Assembly (NCBI GenBank): GCA_963664195.1
Contig: OY760907.1
Location: forward strand, 3,360,001-3,424,000
DNA: 64,000 nt
Reading direction: 5' to 3'
Source of the DNA: an uncultured candidate division Zixibacteria bacterium
GTDB taxonomy: Bacteria > Zixibacteria > MSB-5A5 > GN15 > FEB-12
Positions 31,607-42,217 of this stretch are shown here, piece by piece. The notes beneath the pieces were generated by a model. It did no database searches and was not told where the DNA came from. It was given only the letters and a program-made list of their open reading frames with translations. Both the position numbers and the translations under genes were made by a program. How positions within the stretch are numbered: the stretch's first letter is position 1; each line of letters opens with the position of its first letter.

Positions 31607-31645
31607 AGCGGCCACCTGCATCTTGCGGGTGGCCGCTTTCTTTCT
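31607..31645 (+). terminator. Rho-independent terminator
   Basis: agcggccacctgca-tct-tgcgggtggccgct plus ttctttct. Confidence 0.85.
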
Positions 31646-31740
31646 CCAACCGTACCCCGACGAGTGAATACCACTCTTTTGTTGACAGTATTACCAATAC
31701 GCTCTAGCATGACCTATAATCCTGAGAGAGAGGAACATCC

Positions 31741-32295
31741 ATGCCTACTATTATTCTGTTGAGTGTGGTCGCCGTCGTACTGATTACGGCGGCATTGATG
31801 TATAACCGGCTCGTCAAGCTAAGAAACACTGTCCGCTCATCATGGTCGGACATTGACGTGCAGCTCAAGAAACGATTCAACTTGGTTCCGAGTCTTGTGG
31901 AAACGGTGAAGGCCTACGCCAAGCACGAAGGCTCCGTCTTTGAGAAGGTCACCCAGGCCCGGACGATGGCCATGCAGGGCGGTTCACCGGGACAAATGGC
32001 TCAGTCTGACAACATGCTGACGGGGGGGCTCAAGAGCTTGTTCGCCGTTGCCGAGGCCTACCCCGAGCTTAAAGCCAACGACAACTTCCTGAGCCTGCAA
32101 TCAGAATTCAGCGAGCTTGAGGACAGCATTGAGGCGGCCAGACGGTACTACAATGCGGTCGTCAGAGACTACAACACACTTACCGAGACATTCCCGTCGG
32201 TTCTGATAGCATCTACTTTCGGTTTCAAACCGGAAGAGTTTTTCGAACTTGACGATGCCACTCAGCGTCAGCCGATCAAACCGGACTTCTCCTGA
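31741..32295 (+). CDS. lemA: LemA family protein
   Basis: YN.LV, WS.IDVQLKKR.NL.P.LV.TVK.YA.HE, AEAYPELKA..NF, ARRYYN, FPS. Confidence 0.95.
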   Translation: MPTIILLSVVAVVLITAALMYNRLVKLRNTVRSSWSDIDVQLKKRFNLVPSLVETVKAYAKHEGSVFEKVTQARTMAMQGGSPGQMAQSDNMLTGGLKSLFAVAEAYPELKANDNFLSLQSEFSELEDSIEAARRYYNAVVRDYNTLTETFPSVLIASTFGFKPEEFFELDDATQRQPIKPDFS

Positions 32296-32309
32296 TAGGA
32301 ATCAATCGC

Positions 32310-34049
32310 ATGAAACGCAATCCTCTGCAGGTAACGAGCACGGCTATCGTCTGTATGGCCATAATCTCCCTCGTTGCGCTCATTCCGACAGCCAGCTTGA
32401 GAGCCGAATACTTCACGATAGAAGACTTCCACGCTGATGTAACCATACACGAAAACTCGTCGCTCACCATTGTCGAGACTCTCGATGTCCGCTTCACGCA
32501 CGCTCGTCACGGCATATTCAGAGCCATACCCTTCAAGTACATTGATGAGCTGGGAGACCCCATGCGGACTCCGATTGACGTACTATCGGTGAAGGACGAG
32601 TCGGGAAGCAAACGACCGTACAAGGTCACCCGGGAGCACAACGAGATCAGCATTCGCATCGGCGATGCCGACAGATACGTCAGCGGGCGCCAGATATATA
32701 TCATTGAGTACGAAGTCGAAAACGCCATGCTGTTTCTGGAAGACCACGACGAACTCTATTGGAACGTGACCGGGAATAACTGGCCGGCACCGATTGCACG
32801 CGCATCAGCCCTGGTGCATTTCACCAACAGCATAGTCTGTGACAGCCTCCGAACTGATTGCTACACCGGACGGTACGGGTCGAACCACTCTGACTGTATC
32901 GCTGAGGCACACGCGGGTCAGGTGTCATATGAGACAACCGAGCCGTTGCGGGTTGCAGAGGGGCTGACCCTGGTATTCGGTTTCGACAAAGGATTGGTCG
33001 CGCCTCCCTCAGCTCTTCAGCAGTTTATCTGGGATTATAACCTTGGAGCAACCTGGGTGATAGTAATCCCCTTCATCGTACTCATATTCATGTTTTTCCG
33101 CTGGCGGAAGAGAGGCAGAGATCCCAGGGTCCGCGAGGCCGTCGTAGTCAAGTACGAACCGCCTTCAAGCAACGGCAGACAACTGACGGCGGCAGAAGTC
33201 GGGACACTCATAGACGAGAAGCTGGACCAACGGGATATCACAGCGGCCATCATCGGTCTGGCAGTGAAGGGATATCTCAAAATCGTGGAAAAGAAGGTCA
33301 GCGGCGTGATTTCGCTTCTCGATTCCATGGAATACCGTCTTGAGAAAGTGAAAGAGTCTGACTCCGAAATGACACCTTTTGAGAAGACACTCATGACGAG
33401 CCTCTTCAGGGACTCTCAGGGATCAATCTATCTGTCAGACCTGGAGAAGAAGTTCTACAAAGACCTTCCTCGCTTGAACCAACTGCAATACTCCGGATTG
33501 ACAAGCAAAGGCTTCTTCTCGGACGACCCCTCGAAAGTTCGGCAGAAATACGCTGGTTTTGGAATCATGGTTACAGTGATCGGAGTGGCACTGTCGTTCG
33601 GCATCGCGTCAGATGCCATATTGATCCACATAATCGCCAGCGTCCTCACCGGCGCAGCCATTTATGGCTTTTCCTCGGCCATGCCCGCCCGTACCCGCGC
33701 TGGAGCTACTGCTAGAATGGACGCGCTCGGCTTCCAGGAGTTCATGACACGCGCCGACAAGGACCGCCTGAAACGCATGGGAACCGGGATTTTCTACGAG
33801 TATCTCCCCTACGCCATGGCTCTTGACGTGTCGGATCAATGGGCGACCGCGTTTGAAGGCCTGTTTAAGGAGCCGCCGGACTGGTACGTCTCAGCCGGGG
33901 GATTCAGCCACTTCTCTCCGGTCATGTTCAACCACTCGCTCTCCACGGCAACCAACAGCATGACAACCGCCATGTATTCAGCCCCTCGCGGCGGAAGCGG
34001 CGGTGGCGGTGGCGGCGGCGGTGGCGGTGGCGGTGGCGGAAGCTGGTAA
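32310..34049 (+). CDS. DUF2207 family membrane protein
   Basis: HGIFR.IP, ELYWNVTG..W, A.IIGLAVKGY, YLPYA.AL, Gly-rich C-terminus ending GGGSW; typical lemA partner. Confidence 0.9.
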   Translation: MKRNPLQVTSTAIVCMAIISLVALIPTASLRAEYFTIEDFHADVTIHENSSLTIVETLDVRFTHARHGIFRAIPFKYIDELGDPMRTPIDVLSVKDESGSKRPYKVTREHNEISIRIGDADRYVSGRQIYIIEYEVENAMLFLEDHDELYWNVTGNNWPAPIARASALVHFTNSIVCDSLRTDCYTGRYGSNHSDCIAEAHAGQVSYETTEPLRVAEGLTLVFGFDKGLVAPPSALQQFIWDYNLGATWVIVIPFIVLIFMFFRWRKRGRDPRVREAVVVKYEPPSSNGRQLTAAEVGTLIDEKLDQRDITAAIIGLAVKGYLKIVEKKVSGVISLLDSMEYRLEKVKESDSEMTPFEKTLMTSLFRDSQGSIYLSDLEKKFYKDLPRLNQLQYSGLTSKGFFSDDPSKVRQKYAGFGIMVTVIGVALSFGIASDAILIHIIASVLTGAAIYGFSSAMPARTRAGATARMDALGFQEFMTRADKDRLKRMGTGIFYEYLPYAMALDVSDQWATAFEGLFKEPPDWYVSAGGFSHFSPVMFNHSLSTATNSMTTAMYSAPRGGSGGGGGGGGGGGGGGSW

Positions 34050-34476
34050 GCTCTCCCACAGCCTCTTCCAACGGCCTTGCAAAGTGCATCTCACCAAGTC
34101 GAGGGATGGCGTTCCGTCCCTCGACTACCGTGCGTGACAGCTTCTTTCTGATCTCGGCGAATGCGCGTTGAACCGAGACCACCGGCGTCCTTTCTGACGC
34201 TTTCCGGCACGAACCACGTATTGACACTGCCCAAAAGGAGCCACCGACGCAATCCGACAGCGAGGCGCCTGAGAATTCCAGTCAGATCACTGAACCAGAG
34301 AATACGGCACGCCGATACAAACCATGAGGCCAGTTTTTGCTGGACTTGGAAAAGCAGGCCCATTAGACTACTTGTATAGTACTGGATTCGACTCAGATGA
34401 GGAGACACCGACGAACCGTCGCCGGCAGCCTCACAGCAGCAGACGACATGAACTTCGCCAGCCCCACGAAGGTATT

Positions 34477-36411
34477 ATGAAACGTTTCCCCCCTCTCACT
34501 CAAAGTGTGTGCACAATTGTGCTTGCCGCATTCATCCTGACTGTGGCTCTTGCGACGCATACCGCAGCGGCTTCTGCCGCGGAGCAATTCACCGATGCAA
34601 CGAAGTACGTGAACCGTACTCGTGGCCTGACGCTCTCAATCCTCAAACAGATCAAACAGGTCGACAAACTGTACCGGTCTTCGACCGGAGCGCCAGCAGA
34701 AGGCCAGCGGCCGGCGGCAAGAGAGCAACTGGCGGCCACCAAGCTGCTGGTAGGCTCCTTCGAACAGACATCGCGCGAAGCTGAGGATAAGCTTCGTGCC
34801 CTGAAACAGAATCCCGAGTATGCCGGCAAGGCGTCGGCTATGGAAAGAGATGTGAGAAAGTACCGGAGGGCCGTCAATAAGGTCTACGGCAAGGCAATCG
34901 ACGATTTCGGAGAACCACCGGACCGGGCGTCTTACTCGGCCACACCGATTCAGCCCGGAGCAAAACTCTCCATTACCGGCGAGGCAACCGGAACGCTTGG
35001 CTGGTCCGGCTACAAACGTCCCAATGCCGTCCCGGAATTCGATCAAAGCACGACGGATTTCGGCCTGGGCGCCAAAGGCAAGTGGATACTCAATGAAAAG
35101 TGGAATATCGACGCCAAACTGGGGCATCTGTCCACAGTCGAGCGCGTCGCCCAGAACAGAAACAACTTTGGTGCAACAGCCAATTTCGCAGCCTCACCTC
35201 AGTTGTATTTCAACGGTGGACTTGATTGGTCCGGTTACAATGAGAGTGATACCGACGCCAACGACTTCAGTGATTTCGATCTTTTTCTGAAGAGTGACTA
35301 CCGGGGCACGGGGCTTCGTGGCAACGCCATGATAAAGAAGTCTTCCCGCGGATACTCCGACAAGGCGGTTGCAAACGTTGCCGATTACGGGACCTTCAAT
35401 TTCCTGGCCAATGCCATCGTACCAACCGGTCAGGGACCGCTGAAACTTCAATTGAACTATCTCACGAGAAGCAACGAGATCAAGGCCAACGATCACAAGG
35501 AGTTCAATCCGAGTGCTGTCCTGGAATTCGGTCCCAACGGTAACGAAGTGGGCGTCAGTTACCAATCGCTGTCACACCCGGAAGTCAACGATTCTCCGCT
35601 CGATGCTACGCGCATCAAGGCACATTTGACCGTTAAGAGCAGGATAGAATCCGGCACCAAGCAGTACGGTCCCTCAGTTGCCCTGTACTCCTATCCCAAC
35701 GACGAGGAGCGTAACTTCACAGACCTCAAGTTCGATTACAACAAAGTCTCGTTCGCCAACGGCTCATCATCTGCGAACTTCCGCCTGACATATCGAATGA
35801 CCGGCGACAACGCCTTTGACTTTGCCCAGCTTGAGTATCGAACCAACAAGGTCCCGAGCGGCGCTGGAAGGTACAATAGCACTAATTTGGCGGTGCGCTA
35901 TTACACCGAACAGTCTGCTGACGACGAATTCTTCAATCTCGCCCCCGCGCATACCATCGACGCTAACTGGCGCTTTGGCTGGAATCTCACAACCTCGGCC
36001 CCGATCAATCGACTGTCGGTCGGCCCGGTGATCGGCGGCAGGATGTTTCTCGACACTGAGCGCAACGACAAATTCGATGGTGATCTGCTTGATGTCGACT
36101 ATCTCTGGCAGAACCCACGCAACTTCTTCCGCCTGGGAGTCGAGGCCGCAACCGGTATCGTAACCCCGACTGGCTTCAAAATCGACGGCAAACTCGGCTG
36201 GCAGACGGTTGTGCTCTATAATTCGGATCCCAAGCGCAGCACGAAACTGCTGACGCTTGATGTTCGTGGAAGCTACCAGATCAATTCACAGTTCTTCCTT
36301 GACGGCGATGTCGATTTCCATCGCACTCGCGCCGACGAAAAAGCGTTTGCTGATCTGGATAGAACCGGAGTACGCTTTCAGGTACGGTACCTGATCGACG
36401 TTCAACAATAG
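34477..36411 (+). CDS. Hypothetical outer-membrane beta-barrel protein with N-terminal helical domain
   Basis: Signal peptide, a helical segment of roughly 110 aa, then many alternating amphipathic beta-strands ending GVRFQVRYLI. Confidence 0.6.
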   Translation: MKRFPPLTQSVCTIVLAAFILTVALATHTAAASAAEQFTDATKYVNRTRGLTLSILKQIKQVDKLYRSSTGAPAEGQRPAAREQLAATKLLVGSFEQTSREAEDKLRALKQNPEYAGKASAMERDVRKYRRAVNKVYGKAIDDFGEPPDRASYSATPIQPGAKLSITGEATGTLGWSGYKRPNAVPEFDQSTTDFGLGAKGKWILNEKWNIDAKLGHLSTVERVAQNRNNFGATANFAASPQLYFNGGLDWSGYNESDTDANDFSDFDLFLKSDYRGTGLRGNAMIKKSSRGYSDKAVANVADYGTFNFLANAIVPTGQGPLKLQLNYLTRSNEIKANDHKEFNPSAVLEFGPNGNEVGVSYQSLSHPEVNDSPLDATRIKAHLTVKSRIESGTKQYGPSVALYSYPNDEERNFTDLKFDYNKVSFANGSSSANFRLTYRMTGDNAFDFAQLEYRTNKVPSGAGRYNSTNLAVRYYTEQSADDEFFNLAPAHTIDANWRFGWNLTTSAPINRLSVGPVIGGRMFLDTERNDKFDGDLLDVDYLWQNPRNFFRLGVEAATGIVTPTGFKIDGKLGWQTVVLYNSDPKRSTKLLTLDVRGSYQINSQFFLDGDVDFHRTRADEKAFADLDRTGVRFQVRYLIDVQQ

Positions 36412-36438
36412 ACAGGATGACAGGACGGAGATAGAACA

Positions 36439-39400
36439 ATGAAGTACTTCAATAACAAAACACGGATTCCCTGGCTGATAGTATTGCTCCTGTTAGCCCT
36501 GGCGCTTTCGGCAAGCCCGACCTACGCCGGTTGCTTCGAAGACGACGAGTACGCCGAAGCCCTCAAGCAGACAGAAGACGAATGGAACGCTGTCCAGGAA
36601 ACGATGAAGCAGTCCAGCGAGAAGTTCAAAGAGTTTCGCGAGAAATACCAGGAATACGAAGATAACATCTTCAGTCAGGACTGGGAAAAGGGCATCAGAT
36701 TCGTCACACGTCTTTTCGATCTGGACCCCAAAGACGAAGCCCTGGCCAAACAGAAATTGAAAGAGGTCCGCGAAGGGTTCAACAAACTCGATGCGGCCGG
36801 CATCAAGACCAAGCTGGACTATGTAACCGATAAGTTGGACCGAGCCGTTGGCATCTCTACAGAGATCACCAATGCGTATGAGTTTGCGAAGAAATTCGAC
36901 CCGGCCAACGCCAAGGACAACCCGACCTACGGTCTTCGCATGATCGGCACGATCCTGTCTGAGAGCGCGGGAAAAGTCAAATCCATCCCGCTGGTCGGCC
37001 AGATTCTCGGACCCTGGGTCGAAGCCTACGCCGAAGTGGCAGGTGACTTTGCCAACGCTCTGGATCGTCTGGGCAAAAAGATCAAAGATTTCCGTCAGGA
37101 CAGTCTCTGTGCCCAGCTTGGTACAGGTACCGATGCCATGGCCGCCTTCGAGTCGGCAGGAAAGGCATCCTCAGTTTGGGACGGCGAAACATGCCTGACG
37201 TATTTCGGCACCGGTGCGTTCAAACGCATGAAAGGCATGGCCTGGGAAGGCAACAAGACCTATTTCCTCTTCAATCCGGTCGGTTGCCTCGGCTACTTCT
37301 CCCTCAAGGGCAACACCGATAAGGTCTATCGATGGCACGAGCTGCTGATCAAGCGTCGCGCCCTCGAACCGGACTGGCTTGCGGGCCGGGCTAACTCCCT
37401 GAAACCTGAACTCGAGAAGACCGCAATCGAATGCTACCAGAAATTCGCCAGTTGGGATTCACGCTCGCACAAAGGCTGGATCATCATTGACAAACTCGGC
37501 GGCTCTTACGCCGACACGGTCCGGACTTATGCCAGATACGGGCAGGAGACGTTTGTCGCCAACTTCATGCTCGACGAGAGATGCAAAAGGAATATCCTCG
37601 CCGTCATCACTGAATACGAGAAGTACACGTACATAGAAGGTCTTGTCTTTGGCAATGACGGAACCGGCAACAAAGGCTTGAGCGGTGCGTCTGTAGACAT
37701 CACGATGGACGGCAAGAGCTTCTCCACCACTACCAGTTCCGGTGGTGATTTCGAACTCCTCATGGCCGCGAAACATGGTAGTATTAAAGGCAAAGTAACC
37801 GCTGATGGCTATGAAGACCACAAGATCGACGGCAGCATTCCTGACAACGTTCTGCTCGGCATGGTAATCAGCCTGGGAGGCGAAGTACAGACCTTCTCGA
37901 TTAGCGGCAGGGTCGTCAGGGCCGGTGCAACTCCGACCGCTCCGGTAGCGGGAGCCACCGTAACAGTCTCAGGCGGCGCCAAATCCGGAGGAGCAGCCAC
38001 AACCGGAGCTGACGGCGCATTTACGCTTTCCGCAACTGCCGGAGCAGGCACCAGTCTCGATCTCTCGGCCGTTGCCGGCGACGAGTCCGGTGGAGAAACT
38101 GTGGTTGCAAGAGGCGAGTCCATCGCCGGCGTGGTCATCGGTATCGGCTTGGATGGAGGCACGGGCGAAGGTGTCCCATGGGATCTCAATGTAACCGTTC
38201 TCGACAGCGATGGTCAGCCCTTGCCGGGCGCCGCCGTTACCGGCGGTGGACTATCGTCTGCGACAGGTGGTGCCGGGACGACAGTTCTTGGGCCCATTGC
38301 GGTCAAGAATCATACGAAAGAGAATCCCTTCTCTGTCACAGTCAGCGCTTCGGTCGCCGCCGAGGGCAATCAGACTATCGGTGCCAGCCCGGCGACAGTC
38401 ACATACACGGGTGAAGCTGCTTCATCCGTCACGTTGACCGTTCCCGTTGAGCAGGCCGCCGAGGTCACAATCAGCGGTCGTGTGCTCGATGCTAACGGCG
38501 TCGGTGTCCTCGGTGCTACCATCAGCACAGATGCGGGCGTCTCCACATCAACTGGCGGTGACGGTGGCTATTCGCTTCCGCCGGTTACGGTTTATGTGAA
38601 CACGCCGATCAACGTGAGCGCCTCATATTCCGACGCCAACAACAGCTTTGCCGACGGTCCGAAGGCTGTCATCTACGACGGGAAGACCAAAAGACTCAGC
38701 GCCAGTTTCACATTGAGTATGTCGCAGGCGCTCTCGGTAAACATATCCGGACGTGTGGTTGACATGAGAGGCGAACCGTTGTCCGGAGCTTCCGTAAGTC
38801 TTTCCACAGGACAGGCCACGAGCTCGGGCGGTGACGGCTCTTTCACGATGCCGCCGGTCGAAACCGAACTTGGGGTCGCAGTCGTAGTTTCGGCCTCGGT
38901 CACCACGTACGACGGACAGAGTGTCGGCGGACAAACAACCGTGATTCCCAGAGACGTCGACTGCGGCGGTGCGGTGATTTCTATCGAGGTCGAGCAGGAC
39001 CCTACGGTAACGATCACCGGGACCGTTACCGACACCAAAGGCGATGGCATATCCGGCGCCAGTGTCAGGGCTGGAGGCATGTCGACAACTACCGGCGGCG
39101 GCGGAAGTTTTACGCTTCCCCCGTTCCCGAGCAAAGACGGCACCTCGGTTTCCGTCTCGGCAACCGCAACTGACGACGACGGCAATTCTCATTCGGGTCA
39201 GGGATCGGTTATCCCTTCGACCGAAGACGGTACCGGGAGCGTGTCGATCACCATCGACATGACTGCCGAACCGGACGAAGGAGAAGACGAAGGTGACGAT
39301 GAAGACGTCGAAGATCTGATCGACGAACTCGAAGAAGAGCTTGGCGGTGGTGCCGGTTATGATGCGGCTCTCTCAGCCTTCCAATCTATGATCTCCAGCC

Positions 39401-40266
39401 TCGATGGTATCGCAGGCGAGTTCTACAGCCAGATTGACTACTTCGACCAGCGCGTGCGTGAACTCCGTGAGGAATCCTGCGAGGCTTCCGACGTCGGCTA
39501 CGCGCTCAACGCAGCCGATGCCCAACTCACGATGTACGACGTTGCTCTGTCTCAGTTGCCCGGCCTGTACGCCGACGTGGTAGCCACGACTCCCGAAGAT
39601 CCGGATCCGGGTGGTTTCGTGTCTGTCGAAGGAGAGCTGAACCGCGTTGTTGGCCAGGGAGATGGCATGGACGGGGCATATAGCGCGAGCCTCGGTCAAT
39701 ACGGCGCATACGAATGCGACAAAGACGCCTCGGATGCGGACGCTGGCGCAACAGCCGATGAAGACGCTGATCCTGATGACGTCGGAACAGGCGCTGAAGG
39801 CGGTGGTGGTGTCGAAATCTGCGGCGACGGTATTGACAACAACTCCAACGGAGAAATCGACGAGTGCAGTGCCGGGTGCTGTGACAAGAGTGTCCAGATC
39901 ACCGTGTCTGACTGCGGAAACGCGGCTGATGACGTCTTCCAGGTTGCAATCGACGGCAGTACGGTGGGTGTGACTCCCAAGGGCATGTACAACACCTTCA
40001 ACGTCAAACTCGACCCGGGCTCTCATACGGTGACCATCACCTGTCTGGACGACGGCGGCAATCCGCTCGGTTCCGACGTCGGCACCGCGTGTGTCACAGT
40101 GGTGGTCTACGGTGCAGACTCACCGGTAGGAGGTGCGGGTTCTTCGCCGAGTATCGATTATGGTGCCTCGGCCGAGGTGAGCTTCGAAGTCCCGGCAGGT
40201 CCGGGCACTCCGACCGCTCCCCCTGTCGTCACAGGCGCCATGCACAAGGCCCAGGGGCTGCGGTAG
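36439..40266 (+). CDS. Large secreted protein: N-terminal helical domain, repeated carboxypeptidase-regulatory-like (Ig/TTR) domains, acidic helical region, metal-binding motif, C-terminal beta domain
   Basis: Signal peptide; repeated ISG.V.D..G..L.GA.V....TT...G.F.L; EICGDGIDNNSNGEIDE motif; no dockerin tail. Confidence 0.7.
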   Translation: MKYFNNKTRIPWLIVLLLLALALSASPTYAGCFEDDEYAEALKQTEDEWNAVQETMKQSSEKFKEFREKYQEYEDNIFSQDWEKGIRFVTRLFDLDPKDEALAKQKLKEVREGFNKLDAAGIKTKLDYVTDKLDRAVGISTEITNAYEFAKKFDPANAKDNPTYGLRMIGTILSESAGKVKSIPLVGQILGPWVEAYAEVAGDFANALDRLGKKIKDFRQDSLCAQLGTGTDAMAAFESAGKASSVWDGETCLTYFGTGAFKRMKGMAWEGNKTYFLFNPVGCLGYFSLKGNTDKVYRWHELLIKRRALEPDWLAGRANSLKPELEKTAIECYQKFASWDSRSHKGWIIIDKLGGSYADTVRTYARYGQETFVANFMLDERCKRNILAVITEYEKYTYIEGLVFGNDGTGNKGLSGASVDITMDGKSFSTTTSSGGDFELLMAAKHGSIKGKVTADGYEDHKIDGSIPDNVLLGMVISLGGEVQTFSISGRVVRAGATPTAPVAGATVTVSGGAKSGGAATTGADGAFTLSATAGAGTSLDLSAVAGDESGGETVVARGESIAGVVIGIGLDGGTGEGVPWDLNVTVLDSDGQPLPGAAVTGGGLSSATGGAGTTVLGPIAVKNHTKENPFSVTVSASVAAEGNQTIGASPATVTYTGEAASSVTLTVPVEQAAEVTISGRVLDANGVGVLGATISTDAGVSTSTGGDGGYSLPPVTVYVNTPINVSASYSDANNSFADGPKAVIYDGKTKRLSASFTLSMSQALSVNISGRVVDMRGEPLSGASVSLSTGQATSSGGDGSFTMPPVETELGVAVVVSASVTTYDGQSVGGQTTVIPRDVDCGGAVISIEVEQDPTVTITGTVTDTKGDGISGASVRAGGMSTTTGGGGSFTLPPFPSKDGTSVSVSATATDDDGNSHSGQGSVIPSTEDGTGSVSITIDMTAEPDEGEDEGDDEDVEDLIDELEEELGGGAGYDAALSAFQSMISSLDGIAGEFYSQIDYFDQRVRELREESCEASDVGYALNAADAQLTMYDVALSQLPGLYADVVATTPEDPDPGGFVSVEGELNRVVGQGDGMDGAYSASLGQYGAYECDKDASDADAGATADEDADPDDVGTGAEGGGGVEICGDGIDNNSNGEIDECSAGCCDKSVQITVSDCGNAADDVFQVAIDGSTVGVTPKGMYNTFNVKLDPGSHTVTITCLDDGGNPLGSDVGTACVTVVVYGADSPVGGAGSSPSIDYGASAEVSFEVPAGPGTPTAPPVVTGAMHKAQGLR

Positions 40267-40288
40267 AATCATCTTCTCGATGCAACAC

Positions 40289-40324
40289 AAAAGCCCCCCG
40301 ACCACACGGCCAGGGGGCTTTTTC
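40289..40324. terminator. Bidirectional terminator
   Basis: aaaagccccc...gggggctttt(t) between convergent genes. Confidence 0.8.
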
Positions 40325-40341
40325 TATCGGTGTATTTACTA

Positions 40342-40680
40342 CTACTTCTCTGCCCAATCTTTCAGCTTGTCCGGCTGATAGCCGAGCATCGCCCGCTGAC
40401 CATCCCGCACAATCGGCGTACGTAGCAAGAGCGGGTAGTCAAGCAGCACTTCCTCGATGTTGTGCCGCAGGTATTTCAGATTCCGTTTTTCGTACTCGCG
40501 CCCTTCAGTGTCAATCAGATCCTCAAGAGGGATCGTGCGGCAGATACTTCGAAGCTCCCCCGGACTTACGCCCTTCTGGGTTAAGTCTATGAATTGTATC
40601 TGAATACGTCGCTCCTTGAAGAACCGTATCGCCTTTTGCGTTTCTTTGCACTTCTTTGTCCCGAATACCTGAATAGCCAT
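40342..40680 (-). CDS. ArsC/Spx/MgsR family protein
   Basis: MAIQVFGTKKCKETQKAIRFFKER...P.LLRTPIVR; true start is ATG 40680, not the longer ORF call. Confidence 0.85.
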   Translation of the reverse strand: MAIQVFGTKKCKETQKAIRFFKERRIQIQFIDLTQKGVSPGELRSICRTIPLEDLIDTEGREYEKRNLKYLRHNIEEVLLDYPLLLRTPIVRDGQRAMLGYQPDKLKDWAEK

Positions 40681-40858
40681 CACATACCTTTGTACGAAAA
40701 CAATCAGACTCTGTATCTCCCCCATATTACTGTAAAAACCGCTCAGAAAAAGCGCAAAGTGGCGGCTCGCCGCCTTCCTCCGGGGAAAACGTCTCACACA
40801 CTCGTGGATTCTGCCGATAACGAACCTTAATGCTTTGAATTGACAACGACAGCTTTGT

Positions 40859-42217
40859 GTGGACAACTTGGGATTGAACGACTGCAAAACAGCAGATAAG
40901 ATACTGCTTAGTAAAGCCTTAACGCTAATTGTGCTTTTTGCGCTGCTGGCCGCGCCGACGATGGCCGAACAGCCGTATTCTTTCTCATTCATTCAATCAG
41001 ACGGACAACAGCTATCATTCGACGCCGATTTCGACAACGGCAACCTTCTTTTTGCAGCGCAAGAAGGCAATCTGTTCACAGTCGGTCCAGGCTTCTGGCT
41101 CCATTTCAGAGTCACCGGAGTATCTCAAAAAACACCAGCATTCCGGACTCAACAGATCGGCAATCCGCACTACGTAGATTCGCATCGCATGGTGTTTCGA
41201 TATGAAGGCGAAAGCTCGTGGCAACCAATGGACACCGGCTATTTGAGCAACGACGACTACTACTTTGGAAATCGAGAACCTTTCGACAAAGACACTGTCT
41301 ACATCGCCTACTGGTATCCTCGGACGTTTGAACAGACCGCGACATTCATAGATAGGATCCAGGATGAAAGAAACGTCCGCAACGCCGGATCGAGAGGCCT
41401 CTCACAGGAAGGTCGCCCCGTCTACGGTTTTGAGGTCACTGACCCTTATGTCCCTGACGAAGACAAAGCACATGTTGTATTCATTCACCAGCACTCTCTG
41501 GAAACGCCGGGCGCATTCATTATGGAAGGCATGGCAGAGTACCTGATCAACTCAAGCGAACCGGAAGCTGAGTATCTTCGCCAAACAGTCGTCTTCCACT
41601 TCTACCCACTGGTGATGCCAGATGTTCTGTACCACGGCTATGAAACCGGGTTGAACTCAAACCGCGTCTGGCATCCCGGACCGCCGCAGGAAAATGAGCC
41701 AACCTCCGTTCGTGAAGTAGACATTGTTCGGCAGGCCATAATCGATGAAGCCGACGGCTGTGCCGCCTACGCTCTTGATTTCCACGCCCATCCCGGTCAC
41801 GTCGGTGATTGCTACTATTGGGGTCTTCAAAACGGTCCGACGCTCATGGTCGACGCCGCCTACGAATTCGTTGAACGCGTTCATAAACACGATAGCGCAG
41901 ACAATCGCGGCAAGCCGATCATTTCCAACAACATCGCCTCAGACTTGAGAGACTGGACCAAAGGCCCCCCGGCAGACATGTGGCTCTACGAAACGCTGGG
42001 AGCAATAAGCTTCACAATCGAGCCGGGCTCGGTGCCCACGCACAGCATCGAACGCTTGAAAGAACTCGGCATCTCATTCTGTCTCGGTCTGGCTGACGTG
42101 ATGCACGATCACACCAGCCACCTGGCCTCGCAGCAAGAGACGATCGACGTTTTGGAGAGTCCCGTCAGATCACTTCGAAAAGATACGCCAGACAGAAGTA
42201 CAGCCCGATCCCGATAA
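40859..42217 (+). CDS. Secreted M14-type (Nna1/CCP-like) zinc carboxypeptidase; start uncertain
   Basis: ADFDNGNL, W.HFRV, IAY.YP, G.S.EGR, QH.LE, NR.W, DFH, F.IE motifs; signal-peptide-like segment; 3' end overlaps the convergent gene by 53 nt. Confidence 0.72.
   Translation: MDNLGLNDCKTADKILLSKALTLIVLFALLAAPTMAEQPYSFSFIQSDGQQLSFDADFDNGNLLFAAQEGNLFTVGPGFWLHFRVTGVSQKTPAFRTQQIGNPHYVDSHRMVFRYEGESSWQPMDTGYLSNDDYYFGNREPFDKDTVYIAYWYPRTFEQTATFIDRIQDERNVRNAGSRGLSQEGRPVYGFEVTDPYVPDEDKAHVVFIHQHSLETPGAFIMEGMAEYLINSSEPEAEYLRQTVVFHFYPLVMPDVLYHGYETGLNSNRVWHPGPPQENEPTSVREVDIVRQAIIDEADGCAAYALDFHAHPGHVGDCYYWGLQNGPTLMVDAAYEFVERVHKHDSADNRGKPIISNNIASDLRDWTKGPPADMWLYETLGAISFTIEPGSVPTHSIERLKELGISFCLGLADVMHDHTSHLASQQETIDVLESPVRSLRKDTPDRSTARSR

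Noticed and set aside
33990..34040. (GGC/GGT)n simple repeat as a phase-variation tract
   Set aside because: Encodes the normal Gly-rich tail of DUF2207 proteins; trinucleotide slippage would not shift frame.
37620..39260. Ig-like repeats of the 1275-aa protein as cohesins
   Set aside because: Units are short and follow the carboxypeptidase-regulatory pattern rather than the ~140-aa cohesin pattern; kept only as a docking test.
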